Positions 9,277 to 17,997 of a DNA stretch of 64,000 nucleotides are shown piece after piece. Each line of letters opens with the position of its first letter. Position 1 is the stretch's first letter. Both the position numbers and the translations under genes were made by a program. The notes beneath the pieces are model-generated. The model was not told the DNA's origin and made no database searches. It was given only the letters and a program-made list of their open reading frames with translations. Source of the stretch: an uncultured Eubacteriales bacterium. GTDB lineage: Bacteria; Bacillota; Clostridia; UBA1381; UMGS1253. The DNA is taken from NCBI GenBank assembly GCA_902492065.1, contig CABUKE010000001.1, positions 257,347-321,346 on the forward strand, written 5' to 3'.

Positions 9277-10367
9277 TATAACACACCTCCGTCCAGTTTG
9301 ACAATAACGGGTTCTCCGCCGCGCGGCGAATAAACCCGGTCGAGCTCTGGCGCAATTACGCGGATTGCGCACTCTTCGCTCGCAATGTATACCATGTCGT
9401 CCTTTTCTCCAACCACCATGGAGCGTAGCTTGAGCCGGTCGTTGAGCGCCATCATGCCGCCCTCGAACCCCAGCAGGATCGAAAACGGCCCCGTGACCAG
9501 CAGGTTTGCGAATGCGTTGCGCAGGTAGGTCAGCCGCTCGCGTTCCGGCGCGGGCTTTGATTCGATCGTGCTCCAGAAGGGCGCGGCAATGACATTTGCC
9601 ATTTCCTCCAGCGTCAGCCCCTGTTTGCGCAGCAAGTAGTCGACCATATAGGTGATGACCTCCGTATCGGTCAGAAGCGTGCATTGGTAGCCGAACATCT
9701 CAATAAAGCGCCGGTTCGCGTCATAGGAAGAGATCTCCCCATTATGTACGACCGAATAGTCGAGCATGGCAAATGGGTGCGCGCCGCCCCACCAGCCCGG
9801 CGTGTTTGTCGGGTAGCGGCCGTGCGCCGTCCAGCAGTAGCCCTCGTACTCATCGAGCCGATAGAACGTCCCGACGTCCTCCGGAAAGCCCACCGCCTTG
9901 AACACGCCCATGTTCTTTCCGCTCGAGAACACATATGCACCGTCGATTTGCGTGTTGATGCGGATGACGCTGCGCACGACGAACTCCTTTTCGTCGAGCT
10001 GGCTGTCGGCCAGTTTCGTGTGCAGCGGGGTAACAAAGTAGCGCCAGATGAGCGGTTCGTCGGTGATTGCCTTTGTTTTCCGAATTGGTATCTTGGACAG
10101 ATTCACAACGTCGAAGTGGCGGTCTAAAAACTTTTCACACGTTTCCTTTGCCTCCGTGCTGTCATAAAAGACGTGAAACGCATACAAATCTTTGTATTCC
10201 GGATAGATGCCGTAGCCAGCAAAGCCGCCGCCCAGCCCATTTGAACGGTCGTGCATTACCGCGATGGATTTGATGATCGCCTCGCCGCTCTGCCTCCTGC
10301 CTGACTTGGAAAACAGGCCGGATATGGCGCAGCCGGAAGGAATTCGGATTTCGCCCTCTCGCTTCAT
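9276..10367 (-). CDS. class II glutamine amidotransferase (glutamate synthase domain 1-like) subunit
   Basis: MKREGEIRIPSGCAISGLFSK...NGLGGGFAGYG...HGRYPTNTPGWWGGAHPF...VHNGEISSY is Ntn-type GATase-2-like. The ATG at 10367 is preceded by GGAGGT. The upstream part of the track ORF lies inside the leader hairpin. Confidence 0.8.
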   Translation of the reverse strand: MKREGEIRIPSGCAISGLFSKSGRRQSGEAIIKSIAVMHDRSNGLGGGFAGYGIYPEYKDLYAFHVFYDSTEAKETCEKFLDRHFDVVNLSKIPIRKTKAITDEPLIWRYFVTPLHTKLADSQLDEKEFVVRSVIRINTQIDGAYVFSSGKNMGVFKAVGFPEDVGTFYRLDEYEGYCWTAHGRYPTNTPGWWGGAHPFAMLDYSVVHNGEISSYDANRRFIEMFGYQCTLLTDTEVITYMVDYLLRKQGLTLEEMANVIAAPFWSTIESKPAPERERLTYLRNAFANLLVTGPFSILLGFEGGMMALNDRLKLRSMVVGEKDDMVYIASEECAIRVIAPELDRVYSPRGGEPVIVKLDGGVL

Positions 10368-10385
10368 GGGTAAGACCTCCTTATT

Positions 10386-10444
10386 CAGAAAAGCAAAACG
10401 GCGCTCCACAGCAAAGAGAAAATGCTCTCTGCCGCGAACGCCGT
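10386..10444 (-). terminator. leader terminator/attenuator hairpin of the glutamate synthase operon
   Basis: The minus RNA reads ACGGCGUUC-(internal loop)-GCAGAGAG-CAUUUU-CUCUUUGC-(internal loop)-GGAGCGCCGU followed by UUUGCUUUUCUG. It lies between the consensus promoter and the RBS. Confidence 0.5.
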
Positions 10445-10457
10445 TGTTCTGTAATGT

Positions 10458-10486
10458 ATTATAGCCTGTTCACTTAATTTTGTCAA
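10458..10486 (-). promoter_or_regulatory. sigma-A type promoter for the glutamate synthase-purA-glnA operon
   Basis: The minus strand reads TTGACA (10486-10481), a 17-nt spacer, then TATAAT (10463-10458). Both hexamers are perfect. Confidence 0.55.
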
Positions 10487-10640
10487 GAGAAAAATGAAAA
10501 ATTTTGCAATTTATTATGTATTTGTTGCATTATACTCTTGTGTTGTCCGAGAACAGCTTAAAAAAACAGATAAAAATGAAACATAATAAAGAAAAACTTG
10601 CAAAACCGGCAAAAAAACTTGAGAAAATTTTAAAAAAGTC

Positions 10641-10669
10641 TTGACAAAGCGAAAAAATGGGTGTATACT
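10641..10669 (+). promoter_or_regulatory. sigma-A type promoter upstream of type III glutamine synthetase
   Basis: TTGACA (10641-10646), a 17-nt spacer, then TATACT (10664-10669). Confidence 0.55.
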
Positions 10670-10685
10670 TGCAAATGTAAACAGC

Positions 10686-10731
10686 AAAGGCGCTGTGAGG
10701 GTTGTTCTCACGGCGCTTTCTTTGTTTTTTT
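10686..10731 (+). terminator. promoter-proximal intrinsic terminator (leader attenuator or short sRNA end) before GSIII
   Basis: AAAGGCGCUGUGAG-GGUUGUU-CUCACGGCGCUUU followed by CUUUGUUUUUUU. It starts about 10 nt after the predicted TSS and lies 78 nt before the GSIII ATG. Confidence 0.6.
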
Positions 10732-10808
10732 GCACACGCTTTGTTTAACCGCTTAATATTATTAAGTGGGGGCGGTGTCTGTGGATAATTTTTGGAGGAG
10801 GTCTTTTT

Positions 10809-12899
10809 ATGAGCAACATACCGGAACTGTTTGGAAGCTTAGTGTTTGACGACAAGGTCATGCGCGAGCGGCTGCCAAAGGCAACGTATAAAGAACTGCA
10901 AAAAACGATCAAAGAAGGCAAAAACCTGGAGATCGGGGTTGCTAATGTTGTTGCAAACGCGATGAAGGACTGGGCGGTGGAAAAGGGCGCGACCCACTAC
11001 ACCCACTGGTTCCAGCCTATGACGGGGATTACGGCGGAAAAGCACGACAGCTTTATTACACCGGACGGCGACGATTCGGTTATCATGGAGTTTTCCGGCA
11101 AGGAACTCATCAAGGGCGAGCCGGATGCATCCTCCTTCCCGTCGGGCGGGCTGCGGGCGACGTTTGAGGCGCGCGGCTACACGGCGTGGGACCCGACCTC
11201 ATACGCATTTATTAAGGATGGAACACTCTGCATACCAACCGCGTTCTGTTCCTACAGCGGCGAGGTGCTCGACAAAAAGACGCCGCTTTTAAAGTCAATG
11301 GAGGAAATCGACAAGCAGGCGATGCGGATTCTGCGCCTGTTTGGCAATACGACGGCGAAGCACGTCATTACGACCGTCGGGCCGGAGCAGGAATACTTTC
11401 TGGTAGACAAAAAAATGTATGACCAGCGCAAGGATTTGATTTTTACCGGCCGGACGCTGTTCGGCGCAAAGGCGCCCAAAGGGCAGGAGCTTGAGGACCA
11501 CTATTTCGGCGCAATCAAGCCGCGCGTGGTTGCCTATATGAAGGAGCTGGATGAGGAGCTTTGGAAGCTGGGGATTCTGGCAAAGACGAAGCACAACGAG
11601 GTTGCGCCTGCCCAGCACGAGCTTGCGCCGATTTTTGGTACGACAAACGTGGCGACTGACCATAACCAGCTCACTATGGAAGTGATGAAAAAGGTTGCGC
11701 TTAGACACGGGCTGGTGTGTCTGCTGCATGAGAAGCCGTTTGCCGGCGTAAACGGCAGCGGCAAGCACAATAACTGGTCGCTGTCGACCGACGAGGGCGA
11801 AAACCTGCTCGACCCGGGGAAAACGCCGTATAAAAACACTCGGTTTTTGCTGTTCTTGGCTGCGGTCATCAAGGCAGTCGACGAATATCAGGATTTGCTC
11901 CGTCTCAGCGTGGCGAACGCGGGCAACGACCACCGCCTGGGCGCGAACGAAGCGCCGCCGGCGATTGTGTCGATGTTTATCGGCGACGAGCTGGAGGAGA
12001 TTCTGGACGCGATTGAGAACGGCACCCCCTACGAAAAAAGAGAGCGTCCGATCATGGAAACAGGCGTCCACGCTCTGCCGAATTTTACAAAGGATACGAC
12101 AGACCGGAACCGGACGTCGCCGTTCGCCTTTACCGGGAACAAGTTTGAGTTCCGGATGCTTGGCTCCACGTTTTCGGTGGCTGGGCCGAACATTCTGCTC
12201 AACACGATGGTAGCTGAGGAGCTGGAGCAGTTTGCCGGGAAACTGGAGCAGGCGGACGACTTTGAAGCAGCGGTTAAAGAGTTGATTAAAACGACAATCC
12301 ATGCGCACAAGCGTATTATTTTCAACGGCAATAACTATTCGGATGAATGGGTCAAAGAGGCGGAAAAACGCGGGCTTTTAAACCTCAAAACAACGCCGGA
12401 TGCACTTCCGTACTTTGTAGCGGAGAAAAATATCGAGCTGTTTGAAAAGCATGGGATTTTTACCGAGGCGGAGGTACGCTCGCGCTGCGAGATTATGCTG
12501 GAAAACTACAGCAAGGTCATCAATATCGAGGCTCTGACCATGATCGACATGGCGCGCAAGGAGATCATGCCTGCTGTGATGTCGTATACCAAAGACCTTG
12601 CCGAAACGGCAGCCGCGAAGAAAGCGCTGTTGGGCACGGCTGTATGCGAGGCGGAAGAGGCGCTCGTGACGAAGCTTTCGGCGCTGAGCGCAAGCCTGTA
12701 TAAACGGACAGAAGCGCTTGAACATGCGCTCATTGGCGTGAAGGACTATTCTGCCGCGGCGGAAACTGCCATGTATTACAAGGATAATGTTTTGTCGGCT
12801 ATGCAGGAGCTGCGCGTTGTGGCGGATGAGATTGAGACTCTGGTTGGGGAGAAATACTGGCCGTATCCGACCTACGGAGACCTGCTGTTCGGCGTGTAA
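10809..12899 (+). CDS. glutamine synthetase, type III
   Basis: The 696-aa product starts [41 protein letters not shown]...[12 protein letters not shown]...[10 protein letters not shown]. Both length and motifs are typical of GSIII. A GGAGGAGG RBS is present. Confidence 0.9.
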   Translation: MSNIPELFGSLVFDDKVMRERLPKATYKELQKTIKEGKNLEIGVANVVANAMKDWAVEKGATHYTHWFQPMTGITAEKHDSFITPDGDDSVIMEFSGKELIKGEPDASSFPSGGLRATFEARGYTAWDPTSYAFIKDGTLCIPTAFCSYSGEVLDKKTPLLKSMEEIDKQAMRILRLFGNTTAKHVITTVGPEQEYFLVDKKMYDQRKDLIFTGRTLFGAKAPKGQELEDHYFGAIKPRVVAYMKELDEELWKLGILAKTKHNEVAPAQHELAPIFGTTNVATDHNQLTMEVMKKVALRHGLVCLLHEKPFAGVNGSGKHNNWSLSTDEGENLLDPGKTPYKNTRFLLFLAAVIKAVDEYQDLLRLSVANAGNDHRLGANEAPPAIVSMFIGDELEEILDAIENGTPYEKRERPIMETGVHALPNFTKDTTDRNRTSPFAFTGNKFEFRMLGSTFSVAGPNILLNTMVAEELEQFAGKLEQADDFEAAVKELIKTTIHAHKRIIFNGNNYSDEWVKEAEKRGLLNLKTTPDALPYFVAEKNIELFEKHGIFTEAEVRSRCEIMLENYSKVINIEALTMIDMARKEIMPAVMSYTKDLAETAAAKKALLGTAVCEAEEALVTKLSALSASLYKRTEALEHALIGVKDYSAAAETAMYYKDNVLSAMQELRVVADEIETLVGEKYWPYPTYGDLLFGV

Positions 12900-12928
12900 A
12901 AACAAAACTGCACCGTAGCATACACAAA

Positions 12929-12976
12929 GGCGTGTATTTCAGACATGGGAACGTGTCTGAAATACACGCCTTTTTA
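12929..12976 (+). terminator. intrinsic terminator after GSIII
   Basis: GGCGTGTATTTCAGACA-TGGGAACG-TGTCTGAAATACACGCC followed by TTTTTA. Confidence 0.8.
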
Positions 12977-13049
12977 TCTGTATAGGCAAACCGGATACGG
13001 CGGCAGTTTAACATAGATTTATACTTTTTATTTTTAAGGAGGAATTGCT

Positions 13050-14849
13050 ATGCCGGAAACAATCACATTGACGGGCAATGCTTTGGATTTGTTCAATGTA
13101 TTCAGCCCAGCGGTTGATACTATTTGGATTTTGCTGGGAGCGGCGCTCGTATTTTTTATGCAGGCGGGGTTCGCTATGGTGGAAACGGGGTTTACCCGGG
13201 CGAAAAACGCTGGAAACATCATTATGAAAAACCTGATGGACTTCGCGATTGGCACGCCGACCTACTGGCTGGTCGGATTCGGGATCATGTTTGGACCGTC
13301 TGTGGCGGGGCTGTTCGGCGTGCCAGGATTTGACACTATGTTTGTAACACCAAGCGGTGACTTTGACTTTGCAACGCTGATTTTCCAGACTGTATTCTGT
13401 GCAACGGCGGCAACCATTGTATCTGGTGCGATGGCAGAGCGTACAAAATTCAGCGCATATTGTTTGTACAGCTTTATCATCAGTTTGGTGGTATATCCGG
13501 TGTCCGGACATTGGATCTGGGGCGGCGGCTGGCTTTCGCAGCTGGGCTTCCATGATTTTGCCGGTTCTACGGCGGTACATATGGTCGGTGGTGTTGCGGC
13601 TCTGGTTGGTGCGGCAGTCCTCGGCCCGCGAATTGGCAAGTACGATAAAAACGGAAAGCCAAAAGCGATTCCGGGTCACAGCCTGACGCTCGGCGCGCTC
13701 GGCGTATTTATCCTGTGGTTCTGCTGGTTTGGGTTTAACGGCGGCTCATCAGTTTCTATGACAAACCTTGCTTCAGTAGAAGGCGCATCCAATATTTTTG
13801 AAGCGGTAAATACAACGGGCTGGACGGCAAGTATTTTTGTAACGACGAACCTTGCAGCGGCGGTAGCGACTGTGGCAACTATGTTGATTACGTGGATACG
13901 GTATAAAAAGCCGGACGTATCCATGACGCTCAACGGATCGTTGGCGGGCCTTGTTGCAATTACGGCGGGTTGTGATACGGTGGATCCTATGGGCGCTGCG
14001 ATTATAGGGCTGATTGCCGCGTTCGTTGTTGTATTTGGGATTGAGTTTGTAGACAAAAAGCTCCATGTGGACGACCCTGTTGGCGCAGTCGGCGTACACG
14101 GTATGTGTGGCGCGACGGGTACACTGCTTGTCGGCTTGTTCTCGACAGGCTACAGTACGGCGGCACCCGGCCTGTTCTACGGCGGCGGCTTTACACTTCT
14201 CGGTGTGCAGGCGCTCGGCGTGCTGGCTGTTATTGCATGGGTTGCAGTGACGATGACGCTTGTCTTCTTTGCAATCAAACACACGGTTGGCCTGCGCGTG
14301 TCGGCGGAGGAGGAAATTGCCGGGCTTGACAGTACAGAACATGGCCTTGTCAGCAGCTATGCAGACTTTATGCCTGCGGCTGACCTCGCGGTTCGGCCGA
14401 TGGCTGCAAAGATGGAAAAAGCCCCCGTTCCAGTTGAACAGGCGGTTCCGGTTGAGCTGCGGCAGATGCCAGAGGGAACGGCTTCTGCTTCAGATGTGAA
14501 GCTCACCAAAATTTCAATTGTGACAAAGCAAAGCATGTTTGAAGCCCTGAAGGAGGCAATGAACGACATCGGCGTAACGGGAATGACCGTCACGAACGTG
14601 CTCGGATGCGGTGTACAGAAGGGCGCGCCGGAGTATTACCGCGGCGTTGAAGTCGACATGCATCTGTTACCGAAAATCAAGGTAGAAATCGTAGTCTGCA
14701 AGGTGCCGGTCAAGACGGTGATTGAGGCGGCGAAGAAGGCGCTCTATACCGGCCATATTGGCGACGGCAAGATTTTTGTCTATGATGTGGAGGACGTTAT
14801 CAAGGTGCGTACTGGGGAATCGGGCTTTGATGCGCTCCAGGACGATTGA
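13050..14849 (+). CDS. amt: ammonium transporter fused to a C-terminal PII (GlnB/GlnK) domain
   Basis: The N-terminal ~430 aa are Amt (FFMQAGFAMVETGF, GHWIWGGGWL, AVHMVGG, VHGMCG). After a ~60-aa linker comes a PII domain, KLTKISIVTKQSMFEALKEAMNDIGVTGMTVTNVLGCGVQKGAPEYYRGVEVDMHLLPKIKVEIVV...GDGKIFVYDV (nt ~14499-14846). An AAGGAGG RBS is present. Confidence 0.9.
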   Translation: MPETITLTGNALDLFNVFSPAVDTIWILLGAALVFFMQAGFAMVETGFTRAKNAGNIIMKNLMDFAIGTPTYWLVGFGIMFGPSVAGLFGVPGFDTMFVTPSGDFDFATLIFQTVFCATAATIVSGAMAERTKFSAYCLYSFIISLVVYPVSGHWIWGGGWLSQLGFHDFAGSTAVHMVGGVAALVGAAVLGPRIGKYDKNGKPKAIPGHSLTLGALGVFILWFCWFGFNGGSSVSMTNLASVEGASNIFEAVNTTGWTASIFVTTNLAAAVATVATMLITWIRYKKPDVSMTLNGSLAGLVAITAGCDTVDPMGAAIIGLIAAFVVVFGIEFVDKKLHVDDPVGAVGVHGMCGATGTLLVGLFSTGYSTAAPGLFYGGGFTLLGVQALGVLAVIAWVAVTMTLVFFAIKHTVGLRVSAEEEIAGLDSTEHGLVSSYADFMPAADLAVRPMAAKMEKAPVPVEQAVPVELRQMPEGTASASDVKLTKISIVTKQSMFEALKEAMNDIGVTGMTVTNVLGCGVQKGAPEYYRGVEVDMHLLPKIKVEIVVCKVPVKTVIEAAKKALYTGHIGDGKIFVYDVEDVIKVRTGESGFDALQDD

Positions 14850-14888
14850 CCGTATCCAAACTTTACAGATACAGTGATTTTCCTAAGC

Positions 14889-14923
14889 AAAAAGAACTGT
14901 CTACAGGCAGTTCTTTTTGTTTT
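14889..14923 (+). terminator. intrinsic terminator after amt-PII
   Basis: AAAAAGAACTG-TCTACAGG-CAGTTCTTTTT followed by GTTTT. Confidence 0.75.
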
Positions 14924-14968
14924 ATATAGTCCCTGTTGCGTCGCGGCAATTTTGTTTGTTTTTTGCCT

Positions 14969-14997
14969 TTGACTTTTTGATTTTGGTATAGTATAAT
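14969..14997 (+). promoter_or_regulatory. sigma-A type promoter for the CarD-family gene
   Basis: TTGACT (14969-14974), a 17-nt spacer, then TATAAT (14992-14997). Confidence 0.5.
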
Positions 14998-15070
14998 ATA
15001 GGTATAGGCGGGGAATAATAGCATTTGTGGATAAGGATTGTTTTCCGCTTAAGCTTGGAGGGGATATAGA

Positions 15071-15571
15071 GTGAGTTACAAAATAGGAGACAGGGTATTG
15101 TATCCTATGCACGGCGCGGGGGTCATCGAGGCGATTGAAGACAAAGAGATATTGGGGGAGATACACTCGTATTATGTAATGCGTATCCCGGCTGGCGACA
15201 TGAAGGTCATGATACCGATGAAGAATGTTGACGAGATTGGCGTGCGTGACATTATTTCGACGCAGGAGGCGCGCGGCGTGCTTGAACGCTTCCGCGACCA
15301 TACGAGTGAAGAGGACACAAACTGGAACAAGCGCTTCCGCGACAATATGGCAAAGCTCAAGAGCGGGAATATTTTAGAGGTGCTTGATGTTGTGAAAAAT
15401 CTCATGTATCGCGACCGGAAGAAGGGACTTTCCACCGGTGAGCGGAAGATGCTTTCCAATGCGAAGCAGATTCTAATCAGTGAGCTTGTGCTTGCAGACG
15501 CAGCCGAAGTGGACGAGATTGAGCAAAGATTGACTGAGGCGGTTGACGTTGAGATTAAGACGGCTGGCTAA
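15071..15571 (+). CDS. CarD/CdnL-family RNA polymerase-binding transcriptional regulator
   Basis: MSYKIGDRVLYPMHGAGVIEAIEDKEILGEIHSYYVMRI... is a CarD_CdnL_TRCF N-domain. The start is GTG, with a GGAGGGG RBS. Confidence 0.85.
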   Translation: MSYKIGDRVLYPMHGAGVIEAIEDKEILGEIHSYYVMRIPAGDMKVMIPMKNVDEIGVRDIISTQEARGVLERFRDHTSEEDTNWNKRFRDNMAKLKSGNILEVLDVVKNLMYRDRKKGLSTGERKMLSNAKQILISELVLADAAEVDEIEQRLTEAVDVEIKTAG

Positions 15572-15588
15572 AAAGAGAGAACAAATGG

Positions 15589-15619
15589 GGCTTTGGCAGT
15601 TGCGAAAGCCTTATTTTTA
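15589..15619 (+). terminator. intrinsic terminator after the CarD-family gene
   Basis: GGCTTTGGC-AGTT-GCGAAAGCC followed by TTATTTTTA. Confidence 0.6.
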
Positions 15620-15777
15620 TGGCTGCGCAGCGAGAAAAAGCGTATAAATCCGCAGCAGAGATTGACATTGCTGCATATTTGATATAAAATAAATATGTTT
15701 TGGTTACAGATAGAATTTATACAAATATTTATTATAGAAGGCACGGCGCGCCGTGCCCGAAACGGAGGAAATTTGGC

Positions 15778-16902
15778 ATGAAGCTTCTTACACCCGACCG
15801 GTATGAGGAATACGAACAGTTTTTACAGGAGAATAAAAAGGGACACTTTTTGCAGTCGCTCCGGTGGGCGAAAGTCAAGGATATGTGGAAGAATGAAATC
15901 CTGATTGCGGAGGACAAGGAGGGCAAAATCAAGGGTTCGATGTCGCTTTTGATTCGGAAGATCCCGTTTTTCCCGCTCACGATTATGTATTCGCCGCGCG
16001 GCCCGGTTTGCGATATTTACGACCAGGACACGATTCGGGAGCTGGTAAACGGGGCAAAGGAGCTGGCGAAAAAGCACAGAAGCTATGTGCTCAAAATTGA
16101 CCCAGACGTGCCGGCGGACGACGAGAAATTCTGCAAACAGATGGCGGATATGGGCTTCCGCTTTAATAAATCGAAGAATTTTGAGGGCGTGCAGCCGCGT
16201 TTTGTATTCCGGAAAACAATTACGGATATGACCGAGGACGAGGTGCTGGCAAGCTTTGAGAGTAAAACGCGCTACAATGTCCGCGTCGCCATCCGGAAAG
16301 GTGTGACGTGCCGGATTGGAACGAGAGAGGATTTACCGGCATTTTGCAAGGTGATGATGGACACGGGCGTGCGCGACGGGTTTATTCCGCGTTCGCTGGA
16401 ATATTTTGAGAAGATGTACGACGAAATGGGCGACAGCCTGCGCCTGTATCTGATTTATCACGGCGACAAGCTGCTCTCCGGCGCGGTGGCGATTCTGTAC
16501 GGCAACAAAGTGTGGTATCTGTACGGTGCGAGCAGCAACGAGGACCGCAACCTGATGCCGAACTACTTGATGCAGTGGGAGATGATGAAATGGGCGGTGG
16601 AAAACCACTGCGATATCTACGACTTCCGCGGCGTGTCGGGCGACCTCAACAAAGGGCAGCCGCTCTACGGTTTGTACCGCTTCAAGAAGGGCTTCACGGG
16701 CGATTTTGTGGAGTTTGTAGGCGCGCTCGACTATGTGTTTAATCCGTTTATGTACTTCTTCATTGAAAAGGGCGAGCGGGCGTACCGTGAGCTGCGCAGA
16801 AGACTGTTTCTGCGCAAGAACAAGGATTTGCTACCGGATAAAGTGAAGACGGGTGAACAAAACCATGAAAAAGCTGATCATACAGAAAAAGCCGCTGACT
16901 GA
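15778..16902 (+). CDS. FemAB-family peptidoglycan interpeptide-bridge aminoacyltransferase
   Basis: MKLLTPDRYEEYEQFLQENKKGHFLQSLRWAKVK...MYSPRGPV...NYLMQWEMMKWA...YDFRGV...GLYRFKKGF are FemX/MurM-like motifs. The ATG at 15778 follows a GGAGGA RBS. The 26-codon track extension has no support. Confidence 0.8.
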   Translation: MKLLTPDRYEEYEQFLQENKKGHFLQSLRWAKVKDMWKNEILIAEDKEGKIKGSMSLLIRKIPFFPLTIMYSPRGPVCDIYDQDTIRELVNGAKELAKKHRSYVLKIDPDVPADDEKFCKQMADMGFRFNKSKNFEGVQPRFVFRKTITDMTEDEVLASFESKTRYNVRVAIRKGVTCRIGTREDLPAFCKVMMDTGVRDGFIPRSLEYFEKMYDEMGDSLRLYLIYHGDKLLSGAVAILYGNKVWYLYGASSNEDRNLMPNYLMQWEMMKWAVENHCDIYDFRGVSGDLNKGQPLYGLYRFKKGFTGDFVEFVGALDYVFNPFMYFFIEKGERAYRELRRRLFLRKNKDLLPDKVKTGEQNHEKADHTEKAAD

Positions 16903-17962
16903 GAATATACAAAAGATTGTATCACACGCCCAAAAGGGCGGCGCACAGGTTATTGCCATGCTCAAGGGCAACGGCTATGGGCTGGGCATTTGCGAGTTTG
17001 CACGCCTACTATTGCAAAACGGCGTGAAGCTGCTCGCTGTGAGTGAATTTTGTGAAGCAAAGCAGCTCCGTGACGGCGGCATCGACGCGGAGATTATCCT
17101 GCTTTCCCCGATGTGCGATTTACGCGAAGCAGAGGAGGCGGTGCGTCTCGGAATCATCTGCGCAGTCGGGAGCGAGGAGTCGGCGCTGGTGCTTGACCTT
17201 GCTGCGTCGCAGCAAAACAGGCGCGTACGCGCGCATGTTTGCCTGGATACGGGCTTTGGCCGGTTCGGCTTTTTGCCCCATGACATGGTGGCGGTAAAGC
17301 AGGTGCTGGCGCAGATGAAAAGCGTGGACATTGAGGGCGTATTTACGCACTTGTCCGACGCATTTGGTAAGGAGGAGCACTCTAGGGCGCAGTTTGCGCT
17401 GTTTCAACGCGCTGTGGCGGAGTTGGAGCAGGCGGGATATATGTTTAAGCTGAAGCATATCTGCAATTCGTGCGCGTTTTTACGCTTCCCGGACATGTAT
17501 CTGAATGCCGTGCGGGTCGGGTCAGCGTTTTTGGGCCGGCTACCCGTCCGCAATACGCTTGGACTTGAAAAGATTGCCTATCTGGAGAGCTGCATTTGTG
17601 AGAAAAAGACGCTCCCAAAGGGGCACAACATTGGCTATGCCAACACGTACCGGACAAAGCGGGAAACGACGGTCGCCGTCATACCGGTGGGGTATAAGGA
17701 CGGGTTCGGCGTACAAAAGAGCAACGATGCTTTCCGGCTTTTGGACATTTTACGCTACATTTACGCCGATGTCATGGCGTTTGTGCGTGACAATGCGATT
17801 TATGTGTCTGTGAACGGGAAACGGTGCCGCCTGCTTGGGCGGGTTAGCATGTTCAATGTAATTGCCGATATTACGGACGTCGAGGCCGAGGTGGGCGACC
17901 CGGTCCGCCTCGAGTGTAACCCGATTTTGATTGACAGCGCAATAGAGAGAGAATATATTTGA
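16865..17962 (+). CDS. alr: alanine racemase-family PLP enzyme
   Basis: [13 protein letters not shown] carries the PLP-lysine motif. [22 protein letters not shown] and [14 protein letters not shown] are also present. The start is uncertain (ATG 16865 or GTG 16853). Either start overlaps the fem gene's 3' end. Confidence 0.8.
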   Translation: MKKLIIQKKPLTENIQKIVSHAQKGGAQVIAMLKGNGYGLGICEFARLLLQNGVKLLAVSEFCEAKQLRDGGIDAEIILLSPMCDLREAEEAVRLGIICAVGSEESALVLDLAASQQNRRVRAHVCLDTGFGRFGFLPHDMVAVKQVLAQMKSVDIEGVFTHLSDAFGKEEHSRAQFALFQRAVAELEQAGYMFKLKHICNSCAFLRFPDMYLNAVRVGSAFLGRLPVRNTLGLEKIAYLESCICEKKTLPKGHNIGYANTYRTKRETTVAVIPVGYKDGFGVQKSNDAFRLLDILRYIYADVMAFVRDNAIYVSVNGKRCRLLGRVSMFNVIADITDVEAEVGDPVRLECNPILIDSAIEREYI

Positions 17963-17997
17963 GTTTGCCTATCTTGCGGGCAGGAAGGAAGGATGCC

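Noticed and set aside
9277-9684. A 136-codon extension of the glutamate synthase FMN-subunit ORF. Similar extensions occur at 10368-10409, 15700-15777, 20279-20407, 21192-21356 and 61074-61238.
   Set aside because: The extensions overlap upstream genes, leaders or terminators and lack homology. The internal ATGs have proper SD sequences and start at the conserved N-termini.
10514-10735. A 73-aa minus-strand ORF in the divergent nitrogen control region.
   Set aside because: It spans two promoters and a terminator in AT-rich intergenic DNA. It has no RBS, and its hydrophobic product comes from T-rich sequence.
10368-10808. I searched for canonical ANTAR dual-hairpin targets (two hexaloops with A1/G4) and for TnrA/GlnR TGTNA-N7-TNACA boxes.
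   Set aside because: I could not find convincing matches by eye. The attenuator proposal therefore rests only on promoter-plus-terminator geometry, not on a recognised protein-binding motif.
11295-12308. A 337-aa minus-strand ORF inside the GSIII gene. Also 12378-12905, and 13008-13679 and 13773-14342 inside amt.
   Set aside because: They are antisense to strongly supported genes and have Arg-rich artefactual composition.
15740-15757. A perfect 18-nt GC palindrome, GGCACGGCGCGCCGTGCC, 20 nt upstream of the fem gene ATG.
   Set aside because: No U-tract follows, so it is not a terminator. It occurs once, with no partner motif. It may merely be a stable 5'-UTR hairpin, and I cannot assign a function from the sequence.
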